Below are positions 61,105 to 64,000 of a DNA stretch of 64,000 nt, one piece after another. Origin of the DNA: Candidatus Poribacteria bacterium (GTDB lineage Bacteria; Poribacteria; WGA-4E; WGA-3G); the NCBI GenBank assembly GCA_022825665.1, contig JAJDWI010000010.1:96154-160153 (forward strand), given 5' to 3'. The notes under the pieces were generated by a model. It did not search any database. It saw nothing but the letters and a program-made list of their open reading frames with translations, and was not told the origin of the DNA. A program made the position numbers and the translations under genes. The first letter of the stretch is position 1. Each line of letters begins with the position of its first letter.

Positions 61105-62538
61105 CTATTGGAAGATAATTTCATTATTTATGTTTGTTCTACTATGCCGTCCCTTTAAGGGTTGACGTGGGGAGGTTTGCCAAGCAAGGTTTGCTAAATA
61201 ACAAAGAATATTTTCCATCAGAGGTCTTGCGACAGCAGTACGGTGTGCATCACGTGTATCTATTGCAAAACCGACGTAGTACCCCTCTCCCCATGGCAAC
61301 AAAATACTGACAGCATCATTATTATCTTCTCTGACAGCCAACTTACGGTAACTTGGGTCACTCGTAACCCAATGGTCGTCAGTAACTAAATTGTCGACAT
61401 CAACCTTATGGGGCCACGTAAACATTCCTGTTCTTTGTCCATCTTCTGTGATATTAACGTTAGAATCATCTGAATTAGTTATAGTAATTGGATGTCTATC
61501 TACTGGAAGCCAATCTCCACGCCATACAGGTTCAGGATTATGAACGCCGTCAGCCGGAACAATGTTATTGTCCATTGCAGATGCCCATACGATTCCGCCT
61601 TTTCTAACGAACTCTTTGATTGCATCATCAGCATCTTCAACGAAGTACTCTCCATCATGTCCAGGGGCATTCCAAGTAAACCAGATAATATCGTAATTAG
61701 AAAGGACAAGGCTGGATAGTTTTATCGCATTATTTGGATCCCCTCTGTTGTCCGGGTTATCGTTTATTTTTACTGTTGTATATTGAAATTCTAAACCTTC
61801 AAGTACTGTAAGAGATTCTAAAACTGCCGGTTCACCTGATAAATTGTCCCCAATAACTATTAACACCCGAAAAACACCTAAAGGTACAATTTTGATAGAA
61901 GAGATAATATCGGAAAACGATTGTGAGTGTGCTAAGGAACGAAGATTTCGAATGGATCGCTGGAATTCGCGAGAACCAAGGTCTATATTGATCCTACGTC
62001 CTTCAAAGTTAACATGTTCATAGAAAATGACCTGACACCCACTGAATGGGAAATTTGGTCCGCGTTGAATACGGATAGAGGAAATCACATCATTCATACC
62101 GATCTCAAACATTGAACCAACATCACGAAGTATGACACTGCGTTGACCGCTGAAATCAATATCGCGAAAAACCTCTATGATAATGGGAACTGATCCGTAT
62201 TCTGGTGGTGTGGGATGCGCTGCTGGACTAAAACTGATTGATGAAATCGCATCACCGAAGTTGTAGGGTATCTCATGAATGTTCGGATAAAATCCTGGTG
62301 CTAATACTAAACGCCTACCTTGAAAATTAAAATGTTCATGAAAAATAGCTTTGTAATTCGGTGACGCATTGAAACTTGGTCCCTTATATATCTTAATTGA
62401 GGATATAATATCTTGGACACCAATCAAACTTGTATTTGTTTGGGAGTCAATAAGCGTTATTTTACGTCCTTGATAATTGACATGTTCAAAGACTTCAACG
62501 ACTAATCTCGGTCTGCTCGACATAGTTCTGCCCTTCAT
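61105..62538 (-). CDS. Tandem beta/gamma-crystallin (four Greek-key) domains fused to a C-terminal ThuA-like / class-I glutamine amidotransferase-like domain
   Basis: Four Greek-key motifs: VVEVFEHVNYQGRKITL...DIISSIKI, AIFHEHFNFQGRRLVL...GDAISSISF, IIEVFRDIDFSGQRSVIL...NDVISSIRI, VIFYEHVNFEGRRINI...SDIISSIKI. These include the N/D-D-x-x-S-S Ca-binding motif. The C-terminal DIIWFTWNAPG...FVRKGGIVWASAMD...PVDRHPIT resembles ThuA. No signal peptide is evident. Confidence 0.55.
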   Translation of the reverse strand: MKGRTMSSRPRLVVEVFEHVNYQGRKITLIDSQTNTSLIGVQDIISSIKIYKGPSFNASPNYKAIFHEHFNFQGRRLVLAPGFYPNIHEIPYNFGDAISSISFSPAAHPTPPEYGSVPIIIEVFRDIDFSGQRSVILRDVGSMFEIGMNDVISSIRIQRGPNFPFSGCQVIFYEHVNFEGRRINIDLGSREFQRSIRNLRSLAHSQSFSDIISSIKIVPLGVFRVLIVIGDNLSGEPAVLESLTVLEGLEFQYTTVKINDNPDNRGDPNNAIKLSSLVLSNYDIIWFTWNAPGHDGEYFVEDADDAIKEFVRKGGIVWASAMDNNIVPADGVHNPEPVWRGDWLPVDRHPITITNSDDSNVNITEDGQRTGMFTWPHKVDVDNLVTDDHWVTSDPSYRKLAVREDNNDAVSILLPWGEGYYVGFAIDTRDAHRTAVARPLMENILCYLANLAWQTSPRQPLKGRHSRTNINNEIIFQ

Positions 62539-62937
62539 TGAAGGTCATTATATCTATTGGTTCCGGTGATTGTAATTTATTATATCATTGATTTAACACA
62601 TTGTCAAGCAAAAAGGATTAGTGAATGGGATTTTTTGCACTTGACAACTCAATATTAATATGATAATTTTCTTACGTGCAGCAGTTATAGACTTATGTAT
62701 TACTATTTCAGATAGATTAAACGTAATATCAACTTTTTCGGGTAATTTATACACATATTATGTTATATGCGAAGTGCGATGAATTGTTATGACAAGTTTG
62801 TCCTGCTAAAGAAGGACCTTTGTGAGAAAATTGAATTACTTGATATAACTGATTATTGCTAACAGTGCACTTTCACATTGGTTAATACGAGACATCAATT
62901 TTTGACAGATCTTCCAAGATAAGTCTGAGGATGTACC

Positions 62938-63810
62938 GTGCGATATTATAAAATAATAGTCCTATTCGGTTTTTTAGGTATAAGTGTCTGTATGTTCTAT
63001 TTTCTTATGAAAATGGAAGAATCTGAACGCAAAAAGAAAGCTGCTTCTATTCCAATTGAACTGCCTTACACATGGATAGGGAATATCAGTAAAACATCAA
63101 TTGCTGAACCTTCTGGTGTAACTTACCACCCATTGAGAAAAACGTTGTTCGTGGTAGATGACGGTGGTTTTCTGCATGAAATCAGTCCGGACGGAGTGAG
63201 TATAAAAAAAGGAGATCTTCAAGGTCGTGACCTTGAGGGTATTACGACTAACCCGAAGACAGGATGGCTGTATGCTGTTGTTGAAGATGACGAAGCTATT
63301 CTGGAAATTAATCCTGATACACTCACTATTCGTAGAGAGTTTAAAATCAACCGTACTTTTGAAGGGAAAACACTCCTGGAAAAGGGGGGTATGGGTGTGG
63401 AAGCAATCGTATTCGTTCCAGACTCTTCACATGCGGAGGGTGGTACTTTCTGGATAGGTAATCAAACATTCAACCTTAAACCGAGTGGTGAACTTTCTAT
63501 TGTATGCGAGGTAGAGGTACCCCTTAACAGTTCTGATGCAGAAACAGCGGAAGGAACTATTATCCGTTATTATAAGATGGATTTCATTGATATATCAGGT
63601 CTTGGTTACGATACACAAAGCGATTCTCTGGTGTTAATTAGTGATACAACAAACCTACTGGTCGAACTCAAACGTGATGGCAATTTAATCCATCGGTATC
63701 TATTACCAGGGGATGATCAGGAAGGCGTTACATTAGATGGTCTCGGTTATATGTATATTGCCCAAGAAAACGGGCAAATTATCAAGTTGGCAGATCGTCG
63801 TCTCCGTTAG
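62938..63810 (+). CDS. SdiA-regulated/YjiK-like beta-propeller domain protein with an N-terminal membrane anchor
   Basis: TM IIVLFGFLGISVCMFYFL. AEPSGVTYHPLRKTLFVVDDGG...DLEGITTNP...DQEGVTLDGLGYMYIAQENG matches the SdiA-regulated (PF06977) repeat pattern. Confidence 0.6.
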   Translation: MRYYKIIVLFGFLGISVCMFYFLMKMEESERKKKAASIPIELPYTWIGNISKTSIAEPSGVTYHPLRKTLFVVDDGGFLHEISPDGVSIKKGDLQGRDLEGITTNPKTGWLYAVVEDDEAILEINPDTLTIRREFKINRTFEGKTLLEKGGMGVEAIVFVPDSSHAEGGTFWIGNQTFNLKPSGELSIVCEVEVPLNSSDAETAEGTIIRYYKMDFIDISGLGYDTQSDSLVLISDTTNLLVELKRDGNLIHRYLLPGDDQEGVTLDGLGYMYIAQENGQIIKLADRRLR

Positions 63811-64000
63811 CATCGGTGTCAATTAGACGAAGTAGCACAACTCCCGGCATCAAATCCAAAATAGGATTGAGAGAGGCATACTGTTCTGCTGTATACCCAC
63901 AATCTACACGCCACAATATCTGCACATTACCCTCATCATAGATAACACCGGATGCAAGTATATCCCCTTTTTGGTCTTCTAATTGAAAACATCTACGACG
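63782..64000 (-). CDS. Possible 3' end of a convergent minus-strand gene that runs off the window (unknown product)
   Basis: Reverse-strand frame open from 64000 to a TGA at 63782-63784: ...DILASGVIYDEGNVQILWRVDCGYTAEQYASLNPILDLMPGVVLLRLIDTDANGDDDLPT*. Protein-like composition but too short to assign. Confidence 0.25.
   Translation of the reverse strand, partial: RRRCFQLEDQKGDILASGVIYDEGNVQILWRVDCGYTAEQYASLNPILDLMPGVVLLRLIDTDANGDDDLPT

Overview
This is a 64-kb window of low-GC (~40%) bacterial chromosome, densely coded on both strands and probably from a non-model lineage.

The lineage guess is an FCB-group-like organism. That guess rests on the gldA/gldF/gldG-type ABC cassette, a C-terminal domain on a metalloprotease that resembles the type IX secretion system (T9SS) sorting tail, and the presence of a sigma-54 activator.

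Recognisable core genes:
- glpK, followed directly by a sensor histidine kinase and a sigma-54 (NtrC-type) response regulator.
- hisF, translationally coupled to murJ.
- thiD.
- A glycosyltransferase family 9 (GT9) / family 1 (GT1) / GT9 glycosyltransferase cluster.
- A Cu(I) P-type ATPase (copA).
- A six-gene metal module on the minus strand (coordinates 41651-47392): a DtxR/MntR-family regulator, an MbfA-like rubrerythrin-VIT1 exporter, and a TroA-type ABC importer.
- Two tandem htrA/degP paralogues.
- dinG.

The accessory content is unusually rich in small repeats:
- A REP/BIME-like hairpin family that appears at three loci.
- At least four miniature inverted-repeat transposable element (MITE)-like families.
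- A 5' fragment of an IS605 tnpB gene.
- A 3' fragment of an ISAs1-family transposase gene.
- A frameshifted Rpn/YhgA-type nuclease gene.

The two repeat-dense non-coding blocks (about 39.6-41.65 kb and 47.46-48.85 kb) bracket the metal-homeostasis module and share several repeat families with each other.

The most unusual protein-level features are:
- A secreted trypsin-fold protein whose catalytic Asp and Ser are both substituted, fused to a DUF4097 beta-helix.
- A five-gene minus-strand cluster: tandem beta/gamma-crystallin domains fused to a ThuA-like domain, a flotillin with a near-identical 264-bp internal tandem repeat, a Cys-rich zinc-ribbon protein, an M6-type metalloprotease with a T9SS/FlgD-Ig-like C-terminus, and a lipoprotein.
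- A pair of tandem secreted paralogues, each flanked by copies of an inverted-repeat MITE.

No rRNA, tRNA or CRISPR array was detected.

All calls were made by reading the translations and the nucleotide sequence by eye. No database searches were run, so every family assignment is an inference from motif recognition.
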